DNA of 32,000 nt, taken from contig NZ_CP027570.1 of NCBI RefSeq assembly GCF_003010495.1, positions 540,001-572,000 on the forward strand. The letters run 5' to 3'. How positions within the stretch are numbered: position 1 is the stretch's first letter; every line of letters begins with the position of its first letter. Below the pieces are notes generated by a model that worked only from the letters and a program-made list of their open reading frames with translations, ran no database searches and was not told the DNA's origin. Source of the DNA: Megasphaera elsdenii DSM 20460. GTDB lineage: Bacteria; Bacillota; Negativicutes; Veillonellales; Megasphaeraceae. Both the position numbers and the translations under genes were made by a program. Shown piece by piece: positions 23,486-31,476 of the stretch.

Positions 23486-24640
23486 TTATTTTTTCTTAAT
23501 ATCCAAATCGAGGCTGTGCGGGTCTTTTTTCAGGGCTTTCATCCGTTCCCTCGTCGTCCGGCTGGCACCGCCCCACTTGAGGACCAGGCCGCCGTTGACG
23601 CTCCATGTCGGCGTCATATTGGAGCCGGACCGCCGCGTCAATTCGCCCCAGACAGAATTTCCCTGTCCCAGCGACAAAGAAGAGCCGAAAGTCATATCGT
23701 ACCAGGTATACGTCTTGGACCCGACATCGCCAGAAATAGATGCTGTATTTCCCTGGTCCAGGGTCCCTGTCGTCGTGCCGTCCAGAGCCCGCTGGACGCC
23801 GAAGCGACCGTAGAGCAGGCCGGCATGGCCGTTGACCGAATAGGCTTTCCCGGCCATGATGCCCAGGCGGCCGCTTACATAGGGCTTATTCCCGGATCGG
23901 TAAGTCACGGCATCGCCGCTGATCGTATAAGGAAAGACATAGCCCAGGGACAGGCCGGCCTGGGGTTCCCAGAAGAACTGCTTGGGCAGGAGCCGTGTTT
24001 CATAATAACGGATGCCCGCGCCTAACAGCCAGGTCCGATAGTTGACCAAGTCGCTGTTCCCGTCAGTATCGCTGTAGGACACGGTATGCTGCAGCTGCGA
24101 CAGGCGGATGACGGCATCGCCATGGCGGTCGCGTTTATCGCCCCATTCCACGGCAAAGCCGCCGCCATATTCTTTCATCGAGTCCGACCCGCTGCCATAG
24201 GGCTGGCTGCCGTTTTTCCCGTCGGTATAGACATTGGACGTGCTCATCGTATAAAAAGCCCCCTGGTGGAGGATCCCGCCCCAGCGGGCCATGTTGTGCG
24301 GCGATTCGTAGCCGATGAGGGTCGCACTATAGTCCTGGCTGTAAGACAGGCTGCCATAATCCGGGAAGGTATAGCTGCGGTAATCGGTCTTGACCCACCA
24401 GCCCGTGTCATCAGATGGTTCCAGCAGGTCCTTGTAGGCCGTGAAACGGTTGTCATCAGACCGGCGCCAGAGAAGATCCGACGCCATCTGATAAAACGTC
24501 GCCGTCCCGGCCTGTGTCGCCGCCAGGGACCGGCCGGCAGACTGCCAGTCCGCGCCCTGTACGGCATCTGCTCCCGCCAGATAAGTCAGGGCCATAAAGA
24601 CGATTATACAGTTACGCAACCTGGGCAGACTGAATTTCAT
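23486..24640 (-). CDS. Outer-membrane beta-barrel protein resembling an autotransporter translocator domain, without a passenger
   Basis: It has a signal peptide (MKFSLPRLRNCIIVFMALTYLAGADAVQG). About 60 aa later comes GWWVKTDYRSYTF...YSQDYSATLIGYE and alternating-residue strands ending ...NGGLVLKW. About 28 extra charged residues follow. Confidence 0.6.
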   Translation of the reverse strand: MKFSLPRLRNCIIVFMALTYLAGADAVQGADWQSAGRSLAATQAGTATFYQMASDLLWRRSDDNRFTAYKDLLEPSDDTGWWVKTDYRSYTFPDYGSLSYSQDYSATLIGYESPHNMARWGGILHQGAFYTMSTSNVYTDGKNGSQPYGSGSDSMKEYGGGFAVEWGDKRDRHGDAVIRLSQLQHTVSYSDTDGNSDLVNYRTWLLGAGIRYYETRLLPKQFFWEPQAGLSLGYVFPYTISGDAVTYRSGNKPYVSGRLGIMAGKAYSVNGHAGLLYGRFGVQRALDGTTTGTLDQGNTASISGDVGSKTYTWYDMTFGSSLSLGQGNSVWGELTRRSGSNMTPTWSVNGGLVLKWGGASRTTRERMKALKKDPHSLDLDIKKK

Positions 24641-24677
24641 GACAAACCTCCCGAGAGGATTTATAGTTTCTTTCTCG

Positions 24678-25664
24678 TTAAATCAAATCATAGCGGCGGC
24701 AGCCCTGTTCTTCACAGCAGCGCAAGGTACCGTGATCGACGAGGTATTCGATATGGGCCAGCGTTTCGCCCAGGGCGAACCACTTCTGCGTCGGCGGGAA
24801 ATCCTTCCACTTCTTGCCGCGCATGGACCAGGTCATATGCGGGGCGATTTCGTAAGCCGTGCTGTGCGGATAGCACTTTACCAGATGGCATATTTCGGCC
24901 AGGCGGCGGTCGTGATGGGCCATGATTTCATCAATGCGGCCGACAATAGACGTATCGCCTTCGCGATGCCCCGGCAGGGCCAGCCGGATGGGCAGGTCGC
25001 GGACCTTCTGTAAACTTTCGAGATAACGCTGCAACGCGTGTTTCATGTGATACCAGACCTGGATGTTCGGCGTAATGTCGAAGAGGATGTGGTCACTCGT
25101 AAAGAAAACCTGCTCTTTCGCCAGGTACAGGCAGCACAGCCCCGGCGTATGGCCCGGCGCGTGAATGACCTGTAAATCGCAGCCGGCCAGATGAAGGTGG
25201 TCTCCGTCCTGGACGGTCGTCACCGGGAAATGAGGGTCCGGCGAAAAGGTCCGGGCCTGGTTGGAGAACTGGGTCCTGATTTCTTCCGGTGGCATGCCTT
25301 CGCGCATGAAATTGTCTTCAGCCGCCTTCCATGTCGAGCCGTCCTCAGAATCGACGAGATACTGGTAATCGACGGGATGCATGTAAACAGGGCAGCCGGC
25401 AGCGGCAAAAAGGCCGACAAGGCCGCTGTGGTCGGCGTGGAGATGGGTGATGAACAGGGCCGTATCGGATTGTAAACGGATACCCAATTCTTGTAAACCC
25501 CGGCCCAAGGCCCGTTTACATTCAGGGCGGTTGAAACCCGTGTCGATGACCAGATTGCCAGACGGCCCTTTGATGACATAAGCATTGAGATATTGCAAGG
25601 GGTTGTCGGGCAGATCGACGCGGATACGGTAAATATCGGGATGAGAATAGACTTGCTGAATCAT
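24678..25664 (-). CDS. MBL-fold metallo-hydrolase
   Basis: THLHADHSG (HxHxDH) is present, with downstream His/Asp ligand motifs (HAPGHTPG). 328 aa. SD AAAGGAGG precedes the start. Confidence 0.85.
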   Translation of the reverse strand: MIQQVYSHPDIYRIRVDLPDNPLQYLNAYVIKGPSGNLVIDTGFNRPECKRALGRGLQELGIRLQSDTALFITHLHADHSGLVGLFAAAGCPVYMHPVDYQYLVDSEDGSTWKAAEDNFMREGMPPEEIRTQFSNQARTFSPDPHFPVTTVQDGDHLHLAGCDLQVIHAPGHTPGLCCLYLAKEQVFFTSDHILFDITPNIQVWYHMKHALQRYLESLQKVRDLPIRLALPGHREGDTSIVGRIDEIMAHHDRRLAEICHLVKCYPHSTAYEIAPHMTWSMRGKKWKDFPPTQKWFALGETLAHIEYLVDHGTLRCCEEQGCRRYDLI

Positions 25665-25679
25665 AGGACCTCCTTTTAA

Positions 25680-25717
25680 GGAATCAGGCGGGCCGCCCTC
25701 TGGGACGGCCCCTACGG
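25680..25717 (-). repeat. GTAG-headed REP-like hairpin (minus orientation)
   Basis: On the minus strand: CCGTAGGGGCCGTCCCAGAGGGCGGCCCGCCTGATTCC. It uses the same stem variant as the copy at 17804 and ends 15 nt before the MBL start codon. Confidence 0.85.
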
Positions 25718-25737
25718 ATAAAGGCCTTTAAATTTAA

Positions 25738-25777
25738 AACCATTTGCTAACCGCTAACCACTAGCTGCTAACCACTT
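25738..25777 (-). repeat. 7-nt-period array, TAG-N4 type
   Basis: On the minus strand: aagtggtTAGcagcTAGtggtTAGcggtTAGcaaatgg, followed by TTTTAAATTTAAA. Confidence 0.8.
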
Positions 25778-25811
25778 AAAAGGGCTTGTCGCACATGCGA
25801 CAAGCCCTTTT
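25778..25811 (-). terminator. Rho-independent terminator after pth (TGTCGC core family)
   Basis: AAAAGGGCTTGTCGC-ACAT-GCGACAAGCCCTTTT, 1 nt from the pth stop. Confidence 0.85.
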
Positions 25812-25812
25812 C

Positions 25813-26382
25813 TTATTTCTTCTTCTTTGGGTTATAGCGATTCATGCCTTTGTCGACGCCGAGGCTCAGGCAGCCTTCGATGGCTGTGGCCGCGTCTTCG
25901 ATGCCCTGCTGGTAGGCTTCGCGGAGTTCTTCCGGGAAAGGAGTCAGGACATGGTCGACGACGTCATGGTGCGGCAAGGGCCGGCCAATGCCGACGCGGA
26001 AACGGGTAAAATCTGTACAGCCGTTGGCGAAAAGGCTCTTGATACCGTTATGTCCGCCATCGCTGCCGTTCTTGCGGATCCGCAGGCGGCCGACGGCCAG
26101 GTCCATATCGTCATACGCGACGTAGACATCAGGCTGGTCGATCTTATACCAGCGCATAAGCGGGCCGACGGCGCGGCCGCTTTCATTCATGTAAGTCTGC
26201 GGCTTGACCAGGATGATTTTTTCACCGTTCACGGTAGTCTGGGCTACGAGGGCGTCCATCTTATCCTGCCACAAGGTCACATTCCAGCGCTTGGCTAATT
26301 CATCGACGACACGGAAACCCGTGTTGTGTTTCGATTCTTCATATTGACGGCCCGGATTGCCCAGGCCAACGATCATATGCAC
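25813..26382 (-). CDS. pth: Peptidyl-tRNA hydrolase
   Basis: The IVGLGNPGRQYEESKHNTGF signature is present. GTG start at 26382 (AAGGA 8 nt upstream), with an alternative ATG at 26376. Confidence 0.9.
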   Translation of the reverse strand: MHMIVGLGNPGRQYEESKHNTGFRVVDELAKRWNVTLWQDKMDALVAQTTVNGEKIILVKPQTYMNESGRAVGPLMRWYKIDQPDVYVAYDDMDLAVGRLRIRKNGSDGGHNGIKSLFANGCTDFTRFRVGIGRPLPHHDVVDHVLTPFPEELREAYQQGIEDAATAIEGCLSLGVDKGMNRYNPKKKK

Positions 26383-26393
26383 GATGGATTTCC

Positions 26394-27359
26394 TTATTTG
26401 TCGAAGAGACGGCTTACGGAAACGTCGTGGAAGATGCGCATGATAGCTTCACCGAGGAGCGGCGCAACCGAAAGGACTTTGATCTTATCGATCTGTTTTT
26501 CCGGCGGCAAGGGGATGGTGTTGGTGATGATCAGTTCGGAAATGACCGATTTCTGGATGCGTTCGACAGCCGGATCGGTGAGGACGGCATGAGCGCAGGC
26601 AGCAAAGACACGGGAAGCGCCCATTTCTTTCAGGGCTTTGGCGCCACCGCACAAGGAACCAGCCGTATCGACGATGTCGTCGACGAGGATGCAGGTCTTG
26701 CCTTTGATGTCGCCAATGATGTTCATGACTTCAGCAACGCCCGGACGGGGACGGCGTTTTTCAATGATGGCGATCGGTGCATTGACGCGGTCAGCCAGAT
26801 CGCGGGCACGCGTTACGCCACCGAGGTCAGGAGATACGACGACGATGTCGCCCATATCCGTTTCTTCTTTCTTCTGATTGATGTATTTGGCAATGATGGA
26901 AGCCGAGCCGAGGTGATCGACAGGGATGTCGAAGAAACCCTGGATCTGGCCGGCATGCAAGTCCATGGTAACGACGCGGGTGATGCCGGAGGTCGTCATC
27001 AAATCAGCAACCAGTTTGGATGTAATCGGTTCACGGCCGCGGGTCTTGCGGTCCTGACGTGCATAACCATAATACGGAACAACGGCGGTAATGTGTTTAG
27101 CCGAAGCGCGTTTGAGGGCATCTGCCATGATGAGCAGTTCCATGAGGGTATCGTTGGCCGGCTGGCATGTCGGCTGGATGACGAATACGTCCTTACCGCG
27201 GACACTTTCGTCGATCATGACCTGGATTTCGCCGTTGTTGAATTTGCCAACAAAGGCTTTGCCCAGTTCCAAACCGAGGTAATCGGCAATTTCCTTAGCC
27301 AATTCCGGATTGGCATTCCCCGTAAAAATCTTCAGCTTTTTCCCGTCTTCGTAACTCAT
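26394..27359 (-). CDS. prs: Ribose-phosphate pyrophosphokinase
   Basis: 321 aa with YARQDRK and the [12 protein letters not shown] and [13 protein letters not shown]-binding motifs. Confidence 0.95.
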   Translation of the reverse strand: MSYEDGKKLKIFTGNANPELAKEIADYLGLELGKAFVGKFNNGEIQVMIDESVRGKDVFVIQPTCQPANDTLMELLIMADALKRASAKHITAVVPYYGYARQDRKTRGREPITSKLVADLMTTSGITRVVTMDLHAGQIQGFFDIPVDHLGSASIIAKYINQKKEETDMGDIVVVSPDLGGVTRARDLADRVNAPIAIIEKRRPRPGVAEVMNIIGDIKGKTCILVDDIVDTAGSLCGGAKALKEMGASRVFAACAHAVLTDPAVERIQKSVISELIITNTIPLPPEKQIDKIKVLSVAPLLGEAIMRIFHDVSVSRLFDK

Positions 27360-27391
27360 AGTGAGCCTCCCTGTGTAAGTAGTGATTAATA

Positions 27392-28765
27392 TTATTTTTT
27401 ATATGTATCTTCCTTGACCCAGCCTTCAATGTTGCGCTGCCGTGCCCGGGCAACGGATAAGGCTTTGGCCGGAATATCTTTGGTAATGGTCGAGCCGGCG
27501 CCGACATAGGCGTAATCGCCGACTTTGACCGGTGCGACCAGGTTGCTGTTGCAGCCTACGAAGGCATGGTCGCCAATGGTTGTGCGGTGCTTGATCTTGC
27601 CGTCGTAATTGACAGTGATCGTGCCGCAGCCGATATTGACACCGCTGCCGACATCGCTGTCGCCGATGTAGCTGAGATGCGGCAATTTCGTGCCGTCGCC
27701 GACAATGGAGTTCTTGACTTCCATGTAGTTGCCGACCTTGACCTGATTACCAATGACCGTATTGGGCCGGAAATGGACGAACGGGCCGATTTCGCAGCCG
27801 TTCTTGATTTCGCAGTCATGAGCATACATGAACTGGACATGGTCGTCGTCGCCCATCTTGACGTTAGTCATGCGGACATACGGACCGACCTGGCAGCCTT
27901 CGCCGATGATTGTATCGCCTTCGAGGATCGTCCCCGGATAGAGGACGGTGTCGCGGCCGACGGTAACCGTCGTGTCTACATAGGTATTATTGGGGTCAAT
28001 GATGGAGACGCCATCGGTCATGAGTTCATCCAGTTTACGCTGGCGCAGGACCCGTTCGGCTTCGGCCATCTGCTGACGCGAGTTTACACCGAGCGTTTCC
28101 GCATAGGACGGTGCAGCAAAGGCACTGACGACCTTGCCTGCCGATACGAGCATGCCGATGATATCGGTCAGATAATATTCACCTTGGGCATTGTCATTGG
28201 TGACGTTGTGAAGCATATCCCACAAGAGAGACATATCAAAACAGTAAATGCCGGCGTTTACTTCGTCTACAGCCAGTTCTTCCGGCGTACCGTCTTTCTG
28301 TTCGACGATTTTGACGACCTGCCCTTTTTCATCACGGATGACGCGGCCGTATCCCGTCGGATCCGGCATGTGCGCCGTCAGGACCGTCGCAGCTGCGCCG
28401 CTCTGTTCATGACAGTGGATAAGGGCTGTAAACGTTTCCTTCGTGACCAGCGGCGTATCGCCACAGGTGACAAGGAGGGTGCCAGCTTCACCCTGGAGCA
28501 GCGGTTCGGCCTGCAGGACAGCGTGGCCTGTGCCGAGCTGTTCTTTCTGCATGACCGTTTCGGCCTGGTCACCGAGGTAATCCCGGACCGTTTCACCGCC
28601 AAAACCGACGACGACGACCTGGCGCTGTGTCCCGGCTGCTTTGACAGCCCGCAGTACCTGTTCGACCATCGGGACACCGCCGACTTTGTGCAAAACCTTG
28701 GGGAACTTCGACTTCATACGCGTCCCCTTGCCGGCAGCGAGGATAAGTGCAATAGTATTTTTCAT
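27392..28765 (-). CDS. glmU: Bifunctional UDP-N-acetylglucosamine pyrophosphorylase / glucosamine-1-phosphate N-acetyltransferase
   Basis: [11 protein letters not shown] nucleotidyltransferase motif, with a C-terminal left-handed beta-helix of hexapeptide repeats. 457 aa. Confidence 0.95.
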   Translation of the reverse strand: MKNTIALILAAGKGTRMKSKFPKVLHKVGGVPMVEQVLRAVKAAGTQRQVVVVGFGGETVRDYLGDQAETVMQKEQLGTGHAVLQAEPLLQGEAGTLLVTCGDTPLVTKETFTALIHCHEQSGAAATVLTAHMPDPTGYGRVIRDEKGQVVKIVEQKDGTPEELAVDEVNAGIYCFDMSLLWDMLHNVTNDNAQGEYYLTDIIGMLVSAGKVVSAFAAPSYAETLGVNSRQQMAEAERVLRQRKLDELMTDGVSIIDPNNTYVDTTVTVGRDTVLYPGTILEGDTIIGEGCQVGPYVRMTNVKMGDDDHVQFMYAHDCEIKNGCEIGPFVHFRPNTVIGNQVKVGNYMEVKNSIVGDGTKLPHLSYIGDSDVGSGVNIGCGTITVNYDGKIKHRTTIGDHAFVGCNSNLVAPVKVGDYAYVGAGSTITKDIPAKALSVARARQRNIEGWVKEDTYKK

Positions 28766-28794
28766 CCAGTTATAGCCTCCCTGAATTCCATAAC

Positions 28795-28823
28795 TATATA
28801 ATGTCCTTTTAAGGATAACACAA
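28795..28823 (-). promoter_or_regulatory. Weak candidate promoter for glmU-prs-pth
   Basis: On the minus strand: TTGTGT, 17-nt spacer, TATATA. Confidence 0.3.
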
Positions 28824-28832
28824 AACGGGGCG

Positions 28833-28869
28833 AAAAAAAAGAGGCAGTCCCATAAAGACGCCTCTTTTA
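28833..28869 (-). terminator. Rho-independent terminator after the 3D-domain gene
   Basis: On the minus strand: AAGAGGCGTC..GACTGCCTCTT followed by T8. The stem is unrelated to the TGTCGC family. Confidence 0.8.
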
Positions 28870-28883
28870 TCCAATAGCTCGTA

Positions 28884-29474
28884 TTAACCTAATACATAGA
28901 CAACGACATCGCGACGGCCGAAGTCCAGGGCTTCGCTGGTCGAATCCATGGCCAGGTCGATGCGGTCGCCAACGATGGCTCCGCCCGTATCGGCAGCTAC
29001 GGCATAGCCATAGCCTTCAATGTAGAGCTGCGAGCCGAGAGGGATGACATCGGGGTCGACAGCGACCATGCCGCGCTGGAGGTACTGGCCCGTTGCCGTG
29101 TAGCCATCACCGCCGCCATCGGCAGCCGTATAAGCCGTAGCTTCCATGACAAGACGACGCTGATAGCCTTCTGTCGAAGACGATTCTTCAGGAATCGGAC
29201 GGCCGCTGGCTTCCGACAAAGCTTCCATGGTCTGGGAGCCGACGACACCGTCTGCCGTAAGGCCGTGGTCAGCCTGGAACTGTTCGACAGCAGCTTCTGT
29301 CGAAGGACCAAAATCGCCATCAGCACTGCCGGACAGATAGCCCGTGTCCTGAAGCATATATTGAACGCTCTGTACGACAGAGCCACTCATACCCATTTGA
29401 ACGCTGGCACAGGCCAGGGATGTAAACGCAAATATGCAGATTGTTGTCATTAATATCAGTATACGATTTCTCAA
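28884..29474 (-). CDS. Secreted peptidoglycan-binding (PG_binding_1) + 3D-domain protein (MltA-like barrel)
   Basis: The PG-binding repeat (VQYMLQDTGYLSGSADGDFGPSTEAAVEQFQADHGLTADGVVG) is followed by a 3D domain (VAVDPDVIPLG...ADTGGAI.GDRIDL). I chose TTG 29474 (SD AGAGGTGG), giving the signal peptide MRNRILILMTTICIFAFTSLACA. The ORF-track ATG at 29546 lies inside the predicted promoter. Confidence 0.8.
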   Translation of the reverse strand: MRNRILILMTTICIFAFTSLACASVQMGMSGSVVQSVQYMLQDTGYLSGSADGDFGPSTEAAVEQFQADHGLTADGVVGSQTMEALSEASGRPIPEESSSTEGYQRRLVMEATAYTAADGGGDGYTATGQYLQRGMVAVDPDVIPLGSQLYIEGYGYAVAADTGGAIVGDRIDLAMDSTSEALDFGRRDVVVYVLG

Positions 29475-29517
29475 AAAACCACCTCTTTGAACGAACACAA
29501 TATCAAGTACGTCCTGA

Positions 29518-29546
29518 ATTATAGCAAACTTCCCACCATAAGTCAA
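29518..29546 (-). promoter_or_regulatory. Promoter of the 3D-domain gene
   Basis: On the minus strand: TTGACT (29546-29541), 17-nt spacer, TATAAT (29523-29518). Confidence 0.6.
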
Positions 29547-29697
29547 AAAAATTGATAATTATAATTCATTTTCGATGATTTTATACCCTATTCTGCACGT
29601 TATCCAATCAGTATATGGCCGTTAATGCTCAACTTTGAGTTGTATTTTTTAGTACCTGGTGCTAGTTTTTTATAATTATTATGCATTTTTACCTATT

Positions 29698-31272
29698 TCA
29701 AGACTTTGTCTTCTCCACAATATTTCTTATGGATTCGGCCCCTTCGACAGAATCCGTAAGGACATAAAGGTAGTCCCCTGCGCGCAGACACGTATCGTCA
29801 TCGGGGATGATGTCACCACTGCCGCGCTTGACATCGACGATGACCGTATGAGCCGGCCAGGCGATACGGCCGATATATTTCCCATCAGCCTGACTGCCGC
29901 TGGATACGGTCAATTCCAAGAGATTCCGCCGTTCTTCCGACGATAAGACAGGCTTATTCTTGGCCAAGTTCCGTTGCAGCAGGGCTTCGTAAATCGGTTC
30001 GCCCTGACAGAGCTGGGCTACGACCAAAGCGACCAGTGACGCCGTACAGAGGACGAGCAGGTGTTCATAAGAGCTGGTCATTTCCATGATGAGAATCGTT
30101 CCCGTAACCGGTGATTGTACCGAGGCCGCAAAAAAAGCAGCCATGGAGATGACGACGATGTTAGATAAGTAATACGAAGAGATGAGGCCCAGCTGCACGA
30201 AGACGATGCCCGTAATGCCGCCCGTCAAAGCCCCCAGGACCAGCATGGGCAGGAAGAAGCCGCCAGGAACGCCGCAGCCATAGCTGACCAGGGTAAAGAG
30301 GAACTTCCCGATGAGCAGGCCGGCAAAGAGTTTCAGCGACAAGGGCAGCGTATAAAGACTGTTGACCAGGTCGTTGCCGCCGCCAAGGACTTCGGGGAAG
30401 ACATAGCCCAGTACGCCGGCCATGCATAAGGCAAAGGCAATGCGCATATATTGATTGCGAAAAACGGGTAAGTCATAAAAATAATGAATATTCAGCAAGC
30501 CTTTATTGAAAATAACGCCCGCAAAACCGATAATAATTCCCAAAATAACTACAATCCACATGTACCGGAGAGGAAAGGGCGGCAGCATGCCGAAATGGAA
30601 GACCGGCGCCCGGCCAAAGACGTAACGGCTGACCATGGTAGCCAATAGGGCCGCTGCCATGGACGGTGCCAGGACGACACCGGAAAAATTGCGGTGCAGT
30701 TCCTCCAGGGCAAACATGACGCCTGCCAGTGGCGCATTGAAAGCCGCCGCCAGGCCGGCGCTGGCACCGGCCGTGATGAGATAGCGTTCTTCCATCCGCG
30801 TCCGGCCGAAAGCCCGGCTCAAGCCCTGGGCGGTGACGGCACCGATCTGGATGGACGGTCCTTCGCGGCCCAGGGACAGGCCCAGGCCGATGCCGACGAT
30901 GCCGCCGACGAGCTTGACCCAGAGGATGCGCAGCCAGCGCATGCGGATGGCCCCTAAGATGACGCCTTTTACCTGTGGGATGCCGCTGCCGCCGGCATTG
31001 GGTTCATACACGCCCAGACGCCATAAGAGCAGGGCCGCGGCCAGTAAGACAGCGAACCAGCCCAGGTTCAGGAGTATGCCGCCGCTGGCCAGGACATTGG
31101 CATAGATCCATTGGCGCCAAACTGTCCCCATTTCCAGGCCCCAGCGAAAAAAGCTGATAACGGTTCCCGATAATATTCCGACTAAAATGCCTTCAAAAAA
31201 AAGGCGCAGCCGGAACCGCGGCCAATGGTCCAGAGCCCGCAGAGCCGCTTCTAACTGTGTATCGACATGCAT
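29698..31272 (-). CDS. ClC-family chloride/proton exchange transporter with a C-terminal TrkA-C (RCK_C) domain
   Basis: The GREGPSIQIG and GVPGGFFLP selectivity motifs are present. The C-terminal segment (GKYIGRIAWPAHTVIVDVKRGSGDIIPDDDTCLRAGDYLYVL) is RCK_C-like. I prefer ATG 31272 because the ORF-track TTG at 31305 abuts the predicted -10. Confidence 0.9.
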   Translation of the reverse strand: MHVDTQLEAALRALDHWPRFRLRLFFEGILVGILSGTVISFFRWGLEMGTVWRQWIYANVLASGGILLNLGWFAVLLAAALLLWRLGVYEPNAGGSGIPQVKGVILGAIRMRWLRILWVKLVGGIVGIGLGLSLGREGPSIQIGAVTAQGLSRAFGRTRMEERYLITAGASAGLAAAFNAPLAGVMFALEELHRNFSGVVLAPSMAAALLATMVSRYVFGRAPVFHFGMLPPFPLRYMWIVVILGIIIGFAGVIFNKGLLNIHYFYDLPVFRNQYMRIAFALCMAGVLGYVFPEVLGGGNDLVNSLYTLPLSLKLFAGLLIGKFLFTLVSYGCGVPGGFFLPMLVLGALTGGITGIVFVQLGLISSYYLSNIVVISMAAFFAASVQSPVTGTILIMEMTSSYEHLLVLCTASLVALVVAQLCQGEPIYEALLQRNLAKNKPVLSSEERRNLLELTVSSGSQADGKYIGRIAWPAHTVIVDVKRGSGDIIPDDDTCLRAGDYLYVLTDSVEGAESIRNIVEKTKS

Positions 31273-31306
31273 ATCTTTCACAATCCTTTCTATTCGTATG
31301 ACCAAA

Positions 31307-31315
31307 ATTATACCA
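31307..31315 (-). promoter_or_regulatory. Extended -10 element (TGgTATAAT) for the ClC gene
   Basis: Direct reading on the minus strand. The -35 is weak. Confidence 0.4.
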
Positions 31316-31377
31316 CAAGTACTGCGGCTTTAGCAGGCCCTCGAAGGCCTTCCCCAGGTCTTATTATAGTAATATAG

Positions 31378-31410
31378 AAAAAAATCCGCTGTCGGTGGCA
31401 GGATTTTTTG
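31378..31410. other. Terminator-shaped hairpin (A-tract, TCCGCTGTCGG..CAGGA, T-tract) between divergent genes
   Basis: AAAAAAATCCGCTGTCGGTGGCAGGATTTTTTG. It contains the CTGTCG core, but no gene ends here. Confidence 0.4.
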
Positions 31411-31476
31411 TTTTATTATAGAATAATATATACATATATAGAAAATGCATCCGGCTCAATAAAGGGGGACTGTCCT

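Noticed and set aside
29547-29697. Possible small plus-strand RNA between the 3D-domain gene promoter and the ClC stop. Features are TTGATA and TATAAT-like words, a TAGTACC-T-GGTGCTA hairpin followed by GTTTTTT, and a second weak hairpin followed by TATTTTTT.
   Set aside because: The promoter words have wrong spacing (3 nt). The hairpins are 5-6 bp and AT-rich or wobble-containing. Nothing here can be distinguished from ordinary AT-rich spacer by eye. The ClC gene does lack a recognisable intrinsic terminator.
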